This document shows, piece by piece, positions 55,133 through 64,000 of a stretch of DNA of 64,000 nt (positions within the stretch are counted from its first letter, which is position 1; each line of letters opens with the position of its first letter). The stretch comes from an uncultured delta proteobacterium (GTDB lineage Bacteria > Desulfobacterota > Syntrophobacteria > Syntrophobacterales > Syntrophobacteraceae). Both the position numbers and the translations under genes were made by a program. Under the pieces are notes generated by a model. That model made no database searches, was not told the origin of the DNA, and saw only the letters and a program-made list of their open reading frames with translations. The DNA lies in assembly GCA_963808625.1 (NCBI GenBank), contig CAWEHK010000025.1, positions 86,048 through 150,047 of the forward strand, written 5' to 3'.

Positions 55133-56842
55133 TCACTGGACCTTAAAAGCTGCAACGTTGTTGGTCTCGTTCTTTTCCGCAACCTTGCCGGCATAGTCGG
55201 CTTTGACGATGATGTATTTCCCGATCAAAGAAGAGCTGTAGTTGATCGTCATGTCCTGGTAGAGGTCCTGGCCCGCTGCCAGGCTGGTGACCTTTTGGAC
55301 CAGCAGTCGCGTCCCGAGTTTGACGCCGTCGGTCGAATAGTAATAGCCTACGGCAAACGCGCCCGCAGCATTGCTGCCGATGTTGCTCACTTTCACCCTT
55401 CCGGAGACGGTCTTGCCGGCGTTGGACGAGGTCAGGCTCTCCCACGAGGCCGTAAGATCAGCAGCGGCGGGAACAAGGGTCGGCTTCAGGGTGTAGCTCC
55501 CCAGGGCGCCCTCGTTGCCCTCAACGACAATGTAGTAGGTCCCCGCCGGGGCGTTGGGATATACCGCAACCGTGTCGCCAAAGGCCACGCAGTCGTTGCG
55601 GTCGCAGGATTTCAGAATGAGCACATCGAGGTCCCGGCCGGTGATGTTGGTCAAGGTAGCGGTCAGGTCGCCCATCTTGGTGGTCGTGATCTTGTGTACC
55701 TTATGGGGACCGCTTTCGTTGCGGCTGGTACAGGAATAGCTGCTCACGTCGGTGGGATCGGTGGCGAGGGTTTTGCCGTTGTAGCCCTTCCCGAGGCTGA
55801 GCGTAACCGGTGCAGTGCAGCTCAGGTTGGGAAGCTGAGGATCAGCGGGACATTCCGTGAAATGCACGAAATTAGCGGCGTACCCGACATTCGAGACGCC
55901 ATAGCGAATCCGCATGTATCCCGACTCCCCCCACAAGGGTCCCCAACTGTTCTTGACAATCCAATAGCCGTTATCGGTTCCGTTGTCATCGACCCACCCG
56001 ACCAGCGTCACTGCATGGTTGACTTGGTTGGTGCAGGTATCGCCGATGTTGAAAATATCGCCCGTGTAGGCCTGAAAGTTGCCGCCCGCACAGATAGCGG
56101 TGGCAATTGGACCGTAAACATACATGGCCTCTTTAATGCTGGCAGTCGGCGCCACGGCATTGTCACTGTCGATGTAGGCCCAACTGTTGGCCAGGTAGCG
56201 GTGCGGGTGGGGCCCGTTGCAGGCCACATTGAGGGCCTTGTAGGGGAAGATGGACTCGAGCACCGCCCCCGGCTCCGTTTCACCCTTGGCGACGGAAAAC
56301 TCGTTTATGTGATACTCATGGAGAAACCATCCTCCGTAACAGCTGTAATTGTAATTGTTGCACGAAACCAGGTACTGTTCCGAAAGGTCTTCCGTCTTCC
56401 CGCAACGAAGGCTGGTGAGAATCTCCAGCGGCCCGACGGTCGCAAAGGCCCAGCAGGCACCGCATGAACCCTGATCTCTTACCGCGGTGGCGCCGCCCGG
56501 CTCCTGCCTCCAGTCGAAACCTTCGGTGATATAAGTCGTAAGGAAGGGTTGCACCTCTTCAAAAACGGCGGTGTCTCTCCAATCCGGCGGTTCAACCAGC
56601 CCGGTGAGCTCGGAAAGGCTGCGCTCCATGGCAGGATTGTAGCCTACCTTGAATGTGGCCCCTTTGGCATCCAATTCCCTTTGAAGGTTGACCAGCGCTG
56701 CCTGCAATTCCGGCCGCGCAGAGAGCAGCGGTTCTTTGACGTTCGTCTGAGCCTGAACCCAGCCACCGGAAAGCAACAAGACGGAAAGCAGAAACAGGGT
56801 GACAATTCTTGATTGACGTTTGGGCAGGTCTGCGTTTCTCAT
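55133..56842 (-). CDS. Secreted papain-family C1A cysteine protease (intact paralog)
   Basis: Signal peptide; FDWR, DQGSCGACWAF, NHAVTLVGW, KNSWG; C-terminal ADLT...VKVSNIG...V.EKNETNN (CARDB-like). Confidence 0.92.
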   Translation of the reverse strand: MRNADLPKRQSRIVTLFLLSVLLLSGGWVQAQTNVKEPLLSARPELQAALVNLQRELDAKGATFKVGYNPAMERSLSELTGLVEPPDWRDTAVFEEVQPFLTTYITEGFDWRQEPGGATAVRDQGSCGACWAFATVGPLEILTSLRCGKTEDLSEQYLVSCNNYNYSCYGGWFLHEYHINEFSVAKGETEPGAVLESIFPYKALNVACNGPHPHRYLANSWAYIDSDNAVAPTASIKEAMYVYGPIATAICAGGNFQAYTGDIFNIGDTCTNQVNHAVTLVGWVDDNGTDNGYWIVKNSWGPLWGESGYMRIRYGVSNVGYAANFVHFTECPADPQLPNLSCTAPVTLSLGKGYNGKTLATDPTDVSSYSCTSRNESGPHKVHKITTTKMGDLTATLTNITGRDLDVLILKSCDRNDCVAFGDTVAVYPNAPAGTYYIVVEGNEGALGSYTLKPTLVPAAADLTASWESLTSSNAGKTVSGRVKVSNIGSNAAGAFAVGYYYSTDGVKLGTRLLVQKVTSLAAGQDLYQDMTINYSSSLIGKYIIVKADYAGKVAEKNETNNVAAFKVQ

Positions 56843-57086
56843 ATCTTTAGTCTCCTTACTATTAGATTGGGTCAATCCTGTTTGTGAACAACAGGGCCAA
56901 CGAATTCACAACAGTTAACGTCCAGAATCGTATCTTCTCAATGGCCTCAGATTCACAAGATACCCTGAGAGTCTCCGATCCTTATTCCCTTAAGCCTCCG
57001 GCGGGAATCCAAAGTTCGTGGAAGGGTCGTTTTCCCACCTCCTCTGGAGTTGCCTTGAATCCGCCCAGCCATGAACCTTCAAGATA

Positions 57087-57102
57087 TGCAGAATGCGTAC
57101 CA
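57087..57102 (-). promoter_or_regulatory. Possible sigma-54 promoter of the C1A protease gene
   Basis: TGGTACGCATTCTGCA, GG-N10-GC. Confidence 0.5.
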
Positions 57103-57499
57103 ATATTAGAAGTCGAAGCCTCACGTTCAGGATGAACGACCTTCCAAGTTCATTTCCTGAAGGCCCGTGTGAGAACGATAGAGTTTTTCGCCATTACTTT
57201 CTATTAATAAGTCGTGAGTTGCTCGTGGGCAATCGGAATAATTACTGCAGAGAGAGAAAAATACTCATATTCTTTTCTCCAGGAACGCTTCTTCGAGCGA
57301 TTTTATCAAGGATGGGGCAAAGGGCCGCTCTTACAGAAAGCGGATTTCCAACCTTAACGAGGATCAGCAGCGCGAGGCGGGACAAGCGTGAGCATGGAGG
57401 TTAAGCGCTGACAGAACAAAAGGGCTCATCGGGGGATTCAAGAAGAATTTTCGCGCCTGCTTGACAGCGCCCTGCATCCCCGATTAAGCCGGTTGCATA

Positions 57500-58201
57500 T
57501 CAATCCGCCGGCTTGTCTTGCGCGATCATCCCTTCGGGTTGCGGCGACTCGGCGAGGATCCCGGACTTCATGGCGTAGGCAACAAGCTCGGCCGCATTCT
57601 TGAGCTTGAGGCGTTCCATCAACCGGTACTTGTGCGCTTCAACCGTCCGTTGGGACAGGTTGAGCCTGACCGCGATCTCTTTGGCCGAAAGGCCGTCGGC
57701 GAGAAGGCAGAGGATTTCCCGCTGTCTTTCCGTCAAGGCGGTGCGGCCGGTCTCATGCCTCGCCGGCATTGCCGGGGCGCCGATCTTATAGAGCTGCAAA
57801 AGTTGCCCTGCGATCCGGGGGCTGATGTAGGTGCGCCCTTTCATGGTCTCGTGAATGGCCGTAACGAGCTCGGAAGGGGCGGAATGCTTGAGAACGTAAC
57901 CCGTGGCCCCGGCCTCAAGGGCCTTGGCCGCATAGGTCACGTCCGACTGCATGGTCAAAATGATCACCCTGACCTTCTTGTCAAACCTTCTCAGCTCGCG
58001 CAAAGCCTCGATGCCATTGAAAAAAGGCATGGCGATATCGGTCACCACCAGGTCCGGCCGAAGCTCCCGCGTCCTGCTGATCAGCTCGCGCCCGTCCTCC
58101 ACCATGGCGACCACCTCGAATTCCGGTTCCAGGATCGCCTGAAGCCCGTGCAGGATGATCTTATGATCATCGGCGAGTAGGATGCGCAACCGACTCATCA
58201 T
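57500..58201 (-). CDS. NarL/LuxR-family response regulator
   Basis: ILLADDH, DIAMP, GYVLK, LTERQREIL.LLA.G.S.KEIA..L.LS.RTVE.H. Confidence 0.93.
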   Translation of the reverse strand: MMSRLRILLADDHKIILHGLQAILEPEFEVVAMVEDGRELISRTRELRPDLVVTDIAMPFFNGIEALRELRRFDKKVRVIILTMQSDVTYAAKALEAGATGYVLKHSAPSELVTAIHETMKGRTYISPRIAGQLLQLYKIGAPAMPARHETGRTALTERQREILCLLADGLSAKEIAVRLNLSQRTVEAHKYRLMERLKLKNAAELVAYAMKSGILAESPQPEGMIAQDKPAD

Positions 58202-58268
58202 TCCTCCCGAGACAGGCAATATGTCACGACGCCTCCTTGCTCACTCCCCAAAAGGATGCGCAGCGGCT

Positions 58269-60633
58269 TCATCGTTCCCCCTCCGGCAGCGGGAGGCGCA
58301 CCTGGATTTGGGCGCCTTTTCCCGGTTTCGCTTTGACCACCACGGTCCCCTCGATCAGACTCACCCGCTCGCGCATGCTCGCAAGCCCGAGCCCCCGCCT
58401 CTTCCTGGCCTCGGCGGGGTCAAAACCGATCCCATTATCCTTGATCGAGAGGAGCAGGCAAGCCTCCCGGCCCGTCAGAGAAACCGTCACGTTGGTGGCG
58501 TGAGCGTGTTTCGCGATATTTCTCAGGGTTTCCTGCACGACTCGATAGAGGCACACGGCCTGGTGGATCGCCAGATCTTTCGGGACCTTGCGCTGCGTAA
58601 ACCGGACCGGAATCTTCCTGGTGTCCTGAAACTGCAGACACTCTGAGCGGATGGCCGCGACGATGCCAAAATCCTCCACCACCGCTGGGTGCAGCTGCCG
58701 GGAGAGGGAATGCACATCTTCGGCCAGTTTCATGGCCTGCTGGTTGAGCCGCCGGAGCTGTTCCGCGAGCGGTGAGGGCAGGCTGTTCCCGTGTTGCAGC
58801 AGGGTCCCAACTTCCATGGCCAGGGCGGTGACCCGCTGGGTGAGATCGTCATGAAGCTCACGGGCCAGCCAGCGCCGCTCTTCTTCGCGAACGGTGATCA
58901 ATTTGCGCGCAAGGATGCGGTAATACTCGCGGCTCTTGAGCAGCTCTTTCTGGCTGGTCCGCAGATCTTCCTCGGCCCGCTTGCGCGCGGTGAAGTCCTG
59001 CACCAGGGCCAAGACGTGCGGCACTTTATCCTCGAACTTCAGGGCTGTCGTCGAAACTCTCAACACCCGGTTCGACCCATCCGTATGAGCGATCTCCCAT
59101 TCCTCGGCGACCAGGTTCTCGCCCCTTTGCATCCGCTGCGTACGCTCGGTGGCTCGGGTTTGCACCTGCGGGTCGGGACCCAGCACCTGATGCCAGCCCA
59201 TGCGGTTGATTTCCTCGAGGGTGTAGCCGGTCATTCGGGTCATGGCATCGTTCCAGACCGTGAACCTGACATAAGGGTATTCGAGGATGTCGTGGCATAC
59301 GCAGATACCATCCCTGGCCTGGGAAATGACCGCTTCGAGAAACGAGCGCTCTCTGGCAAGAAGCTCGTTCGCTTCTTTCTGCGCGGTGATATCCTCGGCA
59401 ATCCCGACGATCCTCGTCATCCGGTCGCCTTGCCGGACGGGAAAAGTGCGGGCATGGAGCCAGCGCCGGTCGCCGTCCGGGCGAACGATGCGAAACTCCT
59501 CATTTAATGTTCCCCGGGTGCGTCTCCACCTCGAGGGCGCACCGCAACCGCTCACGGTCATCGGCGTGGACGAACTCCACAAAGGCGTCCGGGTTGCGAT
59601 AGAGGTCTTCCCGCGGCGTCCCCCAGATCTTTTCGTAGGCGGCATTGATGTAGAGAATTTCATCAGGGGTCCTGAGCCATAGCACCTGTTCCAGGTTTTC
59701 GGCCAATTCGCGCAATTGGGCCTCACTTTCCCTCACTTTCTCCTGGGCCAGCATTTCCTTCCGGGAAGTGATGTCCCTGGCGACGCCCGCAAGCATGCAA
59801 AGCTTTCCATGCTCATCGCGAAGGGGAAAACCATGGTCATAAATCCAGCGGACCGAGCCATCGGGCCGGAGGATGCGGTATTCATGGTCCTGCCACATGC
59901 CCCTGGCATGATCTGCGACGGCGGCCGTCATCCTCTCCCGGTCTTCGGGATGAACGGCTTCCAGGAAGGAGCGCGGGTCACGGTAAAGACCGGCGCAGGA
60001 CCGCCCCCAGATTTTCTCATAAGCGGGGCTGACATAAATGATGCGGCCGATGCCGGGAGTACTCATCCAGAAAACCTCGTCGATGGTTTCGGTGAGCAGG
60101 CGGAAAATCGTCTCCCGCTCGCGGAGTTGGGCTTCCGCAGCCCGGCGTATGTTGACCTCGCGTTGGAGCTGGTCCAGGGTCTGCTTCAACCGCAGCTGGA
60201 CCTCGACGCGGGCGAGAAGTTCCTGGTTGGTAATCGGGCGCGCGATGCAGTCTTCGGCACCGGCTTCCAGACTGCGGGCTTGAAGCTCCGAATCCGTCCT
60301 CCTGCTCGAGAGGAGCATGACATGCGTATTCTGAAGCTGCTGGTCGGCCTTGAGGCGCTGACAGACCGCAATCCCATCGAGATCGGGGAGAACCATCTCG
60401 AGGAGGATGAGATCCGGAACGCACTCCGTGGCCCTGGAAAGGGCTTCCGCCCCGCTCGCGGCCTCAAAAACGTCATAGCCCGCGGCACGCATCAGTCGCG
60501 CGTAAGCCTGCCGCATTTCCAGGTCCTCATCGACAAGCAGGACCCGAAAGCATTTTCCAGCCTCCATACCCTTTTCTACCCCCCTCGGAAGCATTCCCCC
60601 CTCACGCGAATGCGGGCCGTTCGCAGCCGGCAT
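58269..60633 (-). CDS. REC-PAS-PAS-PAS-HisKA_3 histidine kinase (frameshift near 59520; start uncertain)
   Basis: N-terminal REC; YVSPAYEKIWG..HPEDR PAS; ARELHDDLTQ; QETLRNIAKHA; DNGIGF; GLGL. Confidence 0.88.
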
Positions 60634-60822
60634 GTCAACTGAACTATATAAATTTTATACTATTTTTGATCCAAATAAGGCAATTGTGTTTGCTAAAACG
60701 CGGACGCAAATATGGACCTGCGACAACAGGTGAGGTTGACGCGTTGGTGCTGGTTGATTTTCTCCGACAGTGGTTTCTCGAACACACCGTTCTTGTTCAG
60801 CCCGAACGAGCTTAAAGGACTT

Positions 60823-61236
60823 TTAGAACGGCTCCAGCCAATTCTCCACTGCAAGTTTCCCAATCCGAGTGAAATGTCGGGTATTCGCTGTAACCAGGAT
60901 GCATTGATGATGCAAGGCAGTGGCTGCAATGAGAACATCTTCGATGCCGATGAGCTGGCCGGTTTTCTGTAACGAGGCGAGAAGATCGCCTGCCGTCAGC
61001 GCTTCCTTAAGATCCAGCGGCAAAATCTTCACTCTCGAAAGGATCTCGTCGGCGATTCTCTGCCAGAAGTGTTCAAAATCTTTGCGCAAGGCGCTTCCAA
61101 GACGCAGTTCCATAACGCAAATACATGAGGTAAACAGCGCTTGCGCCTCCACAGAGATCAAACGGGCAAGAAAATGTGGATTCGGGTGTTTCTTGATCAA
61201 CTCGCTCAAGATGTTGGTGTCGAGGAGGTACATCAT
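60823..61236 (-). CDS. vapC: VapC/PIN toxin
   Basis: YLLDTNILSE, EL..G, DVLIAATA, LVTAN.RHF. Confidence 0.9.
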   Translation of the reverse strand: MMYLLDTNILSELIKKHPNPHFLARLISVEAQALFTSCICVMELRLGSALRKDFEHFWQRIADEILSRVKILPLDLKEALTAGDLLASLQKTGQLIGIEDVLIAATALHHQCILVTANTRHFTRIGKLAVENWLEPF

Positions 61237-61502
61237 TCCTCCAGTTGCTCAGCCATAGCCCTCGGGACATGCCTGCTCCGCTCCCGGACGATGCGATCCA
61301 TGGTTTGGAAAAACTCATCTCCTTCATCCAGCCACCCGTTTGCCTCTGCCAGGTGCTTCATGGTTTTCTCCGTCGATACCAGTCTCGCCATCGGTTTTCC
61401 GCGCTTGGTGATGACGAATTCTTCTTTTCCAAAGGCAACCCGTCCCAAAAGCTCCGAAAGGTGCTTTTTGGCATCCGCAACGCTGATGCTTTGCCGGCTC
61501 AT
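61233..61502 (-). CDS. Phd/YefM-family antitoxin
   Basis: ISVADAKKHLSELL..V..G.E..ITKRGKPMARLV; AGGAG RBS. Confidence 0.88.
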   Translation of the reverse strand: MSRQSISVADAKKHLSELLGRVAFGKEEFVITKRGKPMARLVSTEKTMKHLAEANGWLDEGDEFFQTMDRIVRERSRHVPRAMAEQLEE

Positions 61503-61540
61503 AAAATCTCCTTTCGCTGTCCTTTTGGCAACCTTCCCAC

Positions 61541-63898
61541 TCACTCCAACGGGTCGTTTTCCACCAGGTCCCAGATGCCGCAGGGGCACACTCCGGCGCA
61601 GAAGCCGCAGCCGATGCAGCGCGCGGGATCGACGGTGAGCTCGAAGTCGGCGCCGTTCCCCTGCTTGGGACCGTTTTCCTTCTTGGAGATGGCGGCCTGC
61701 GGACACATGGTGATGCAGATGCCGCAGTCCCGGCAGGAACCGCATGACGAGCACTGGGAAGCGCACGCTTCAACCCCGTCGAATTTCAACAGCCGCGGAT
61801 CGAAGTACTCAACCTTGACGCGGGAGGTGTCGAGCAGTTTGCGGGCATCGCCCCGGGGCCGCTTTCCTTCCAGGACATCCGACATGGTCTGGGCAGCTTT
61901 GCGCCCGGCGCCGATGGCATCAGTCAGGAGGCCCAGCTGCACGGCATCGCCAATAGCGAACACCTTCGGATCGGAAGTCTGAAACGATTCGTTCACCTTG
62001 ATGAAGCCGCGTTCCGTCGCAACGCTCTCAGGGAGAAAATCCAGGTCCGGCATATCACCGACCGAGATGATCACGGTTTCGGCGGGAATCACCTCGCCGG
62101 TCGTCAGCTCTAAGCCTTCGTCGGTAACCGCTTTGCTGAAACAGGGCCAGCGGAAGCGGGCGCCGACGGCCACGGCCGCTTCCCGTTCCTTGCCGAACGA
62201 GAGCGGTTCCTGAATATCGACCAAAGTGATCTCCTCGGCCCCCAGCCGATGCGCTTCGGTCGCGGCATCACAGCCGACGTTGCCGGCCCCGATGACCACC
62301 ACCCGTTTCCCCACCTGGATTTGATCCAGCTTGCTCCGACGCAGGAATTCGAGGGCCGGGATCATCTTTTCCTTGCCGGGAATGGGCAGGATGCGCGGCT
62401 TTTGCGCCCCCACGGCGACAACCACAAAATCATGATCGGCCTTGATCTGTTCGAGATCGTCGGGTGCCAGTTTCTGTTGCAGATAGACATGGGCAAGGAC
62501 CTCGCGCACTCGTTCCAGCTCGGCCTGCACGACGTCATCGGGAATGCGGGTCCGGGGAATCAAGGCCGAAATCTTGCCGCCCAGCGCCTCGCGCATGTCA
62601 TAAAGGATCGCTTCATGGCCCCGCCGGCGCAGTTGCCAGGCCACCGATATCCCTGCCGGACCGGCCCCGATTACGGCCACCCGCTTTCCGGTCAGCGGAG
62701 GAAGCTCGGGGGCCTTGGCCTTGATGCTCGCTTTCCCCAGTTGCGTGACGTCCACCGGCAGCAAGTTGACGGTGTGCCGCGTGCACCCCTGCATGCAGAG
62801 ATTGGGGCAGAGATAACCGCAGATGGTAGCGGGAAACGGCGTGTACGAGAGCGCCAGGTCTACCGCTTCATCGATGCGCCCTTCCCGAATCAGCCGCCAG
62901 CGCTCATGGACGGGGATTCCCGTGGGACAGCTGGCCTCACAGGGAGGCACATACTGCCGGTTTTCCCAGACCGGGACGTAGCGGCGCAAATCACCGTTAA
63001 CGATGACGGGAATGGGGCTGCGATCGAACTCGACCAGGTCCCCGATGAGTCCGCCTCGTCCCAACTCGCGTTCCCAGACCTCACGGTGAAAGTTTCCCAT
63101 CGAAGGCCGGGGCTTCGCCGCCTTTTCCAGCGGCGACCGCGCGACGAGGAGCTGCCAGTGGGTGCGGTCGGCGAGTTGCTTGATGAGCTGCGGTTGCTTG
63201 ATCGTGTCAAGATAGGTCTTGAGGTTGCTGACCAGCCATTCCCAGTCTTCATTGGTGATCGGGACCAGCTTGGCATCCGTCTGGCTGTAGCCCTGATGCG
63301 GGCCATGAAAGTAAATCCTGCCCCCCACCATGCCCACGCAGGGACGGTATCCCAGCACGTTTTCGGGGTCCTGGGGCCGGTATCCGCAGACGACGGCGAT
63401 GCCGCCGGCCATGAATTCGGCGAAGTAATCGCCGACCGAACCCAGCACCCACAATTCGGGAGGCTCGAAACGCGGGTTGCGCTTGGTCATGGTCATGCCG
63501 CGCGCCCCAATGTTTCCGGCGATGCAGACCTTCCCCTGCGCCATCGCATTCGCGGTACCGTTGGCGGCATTGCCATGAACGATGATTTCGGCGCCGCCGT
63601 TCAACCATCCGACATCGTCCGAGCTCGGCCCCATGACCTCGATGCGCGTATTGGGGAAGCCCATGGAACCAACGCGCTGCCCGGGAGAACCCAGGACCCT
63701 GACCGAGATCGACTCCGCGCCGGCCTTCCAGAGCCGTCCCCCGATGCCATGCTGGCCGAACGCCTCAACCTCGAGATAACGATTCCCGCTCTCCACAGCC
63801 CTCTGGATGCGCTCCTCGAGGACCCGCGACTCCAGGCGTAAACCATTTTCCATTCCGGAAATCCGATAATAGTGCTGACTTTCCATTGCTATACCCAT
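61541..63898 (-). CDS. Glutamate synthase-related fusion: GltB C-terminal (GXGXG) domain, GltD-like FAD/NAD(P) oxidoreductase and 4Fe-4S ferredoxin
   Basis: GXGXG beta-helix repeats, AEFMAGG; PCEASCP, CGYLCP..C...C; GAGPAG; GAGNVG; CSSCGSCRDCGIC..MCP and CIGCGFC..VCP. Confidence 0.9.
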   Translation of the reverse strand: MGIAMESQHYYRISGMENGLRLESRVLEERIQRAVESGNRYLEVEAFGQHGIGGRLWKAGAESISVRVLGSPGQRVGSMGFPNTRIEVMGPSSDDVGWLNGGAEIIVHGNAANGTANAMAQGKVCIAGNIGARGMTMTKRNPRFEPPELWVLGSVGDYFAEFMAGGIAVVCGYRPQDPENVLGYRPCVGMVGGRIYFHGPHQGYSQTDAKLVPITNEDWEWLVSNLKTYLDTIKQPQLIKQLADRTHWQLLVARSPLEKAAKPRPSMGNFHREVWERELGRGGLIGDLVEFDRSPIPVIVNGDLRRYVPVWENRQYVPPCEASCPTGIPVHERWRLIREGRIDEAVDLALSYTPFPATICGYLCPNLCMQGCTRHTVNLLPVDVTQLGKASIKAKAPELPPLTGKRVAVIGAGPAGISVAWQLRRRGHEAILYDMREALGGKISALIPRTRIPDDVVQAELERVREVLAHVYLQQKLAPDDLEQIKADHDFVVVAVGAQKPRILPIPGKEKMIPALEFLRRSKLDQIQVGKRVVVIGAGNVGCDAATEAHRLGAEEITLVDIQEPLSFGKEREAAVAVGARFRWPCFSKAVTDEGLELTTGEVIPAETVIISVGDMPDLDFLPESVATERGFIKVNESFQTSDPKVFAIGDAVQLGLLTDAIGAGRKAAQTMSDVLEGKRPRGDARKLLDTSRVKVEYFDPRLLKFDGVEACASQCSSCGSCRDCGICITMCPQAAISKKENGPKQGNGADFELTVDPARCIGCGFCAGVCPCGIWDLVENDPLE

Positions 63899-63920
63899 TC
63901 AGGTTGAAATTCTTATCTTT

Positions 63921-64000
63921 CACCGCCGAGACGCAGGGTAGCCGGTCGCAGAGCGCAGACGCAGAGAAATTTTTCATTCTTTGTTTCTCTGCGCTCTCTG
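63921..64000. repeat. Inverted CGCAGAG repeat element (runs off the window)
   Basis: CGCAGAGCGCAGACGCAGAG...CTCTGCGCTCTCTG. Confidence 0.65.

Noticed and set aside
61541..63898. GltB3-GltD-ferredoxin fusion as a novelty
   Set aside because: This architecture is, to my knowledge, common in sulfate-reducing and syntrophic Deltaproteobacteria

Overview
GC-rich bacterial DNA whose gene content resembles Desulfobacterota/Deltaproteobacteria (inference only). Many genes are split by 1-nt frameshifts, densest at 15-25 kb; these are most likely long-read/assembly errors, so split genes are reported as merged intervals. From left to right: (1) a secreted SBBP beta-propeller protein followed by a relic of a C25 peptidase C-terminus; (2) a SynChlorMet-type RiPP cassette with two PqqD/RRE proteins, two radical SAM/SPASM enzymes, a Cys/Gly-rich precursor with a YxxP leader, an HprK-like ScmC protein and an S26-type peptidase; (3) a convergent ~14 kb gene for a giant SdrD-B/DUF11/DNRLRE-repeat surface protein ending in a gingipain-like C25 protease; (4) toxin-antitoxin modules and gene relics; (5) secreted M14 and two C1A proteases, and a Cys-rich secreted protein under a c-di-GMP-I riboswitch; (6) signalling genes (orphan solute-binding proteins, hybrid kinase, Hpt, two divergent sigma-54 activators, NarL pair), a RidA with a signal peptide and Tad remnants; (7) a glutamate synthase-like GltB3/GltD/ferredoxin fusion. 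Intergenic regions carry several REP/MITE-like repeat families, often nested. The most interesting candidate is the RiPP cassette bracketed by C25-linked surface proteins that share a conserved domain.
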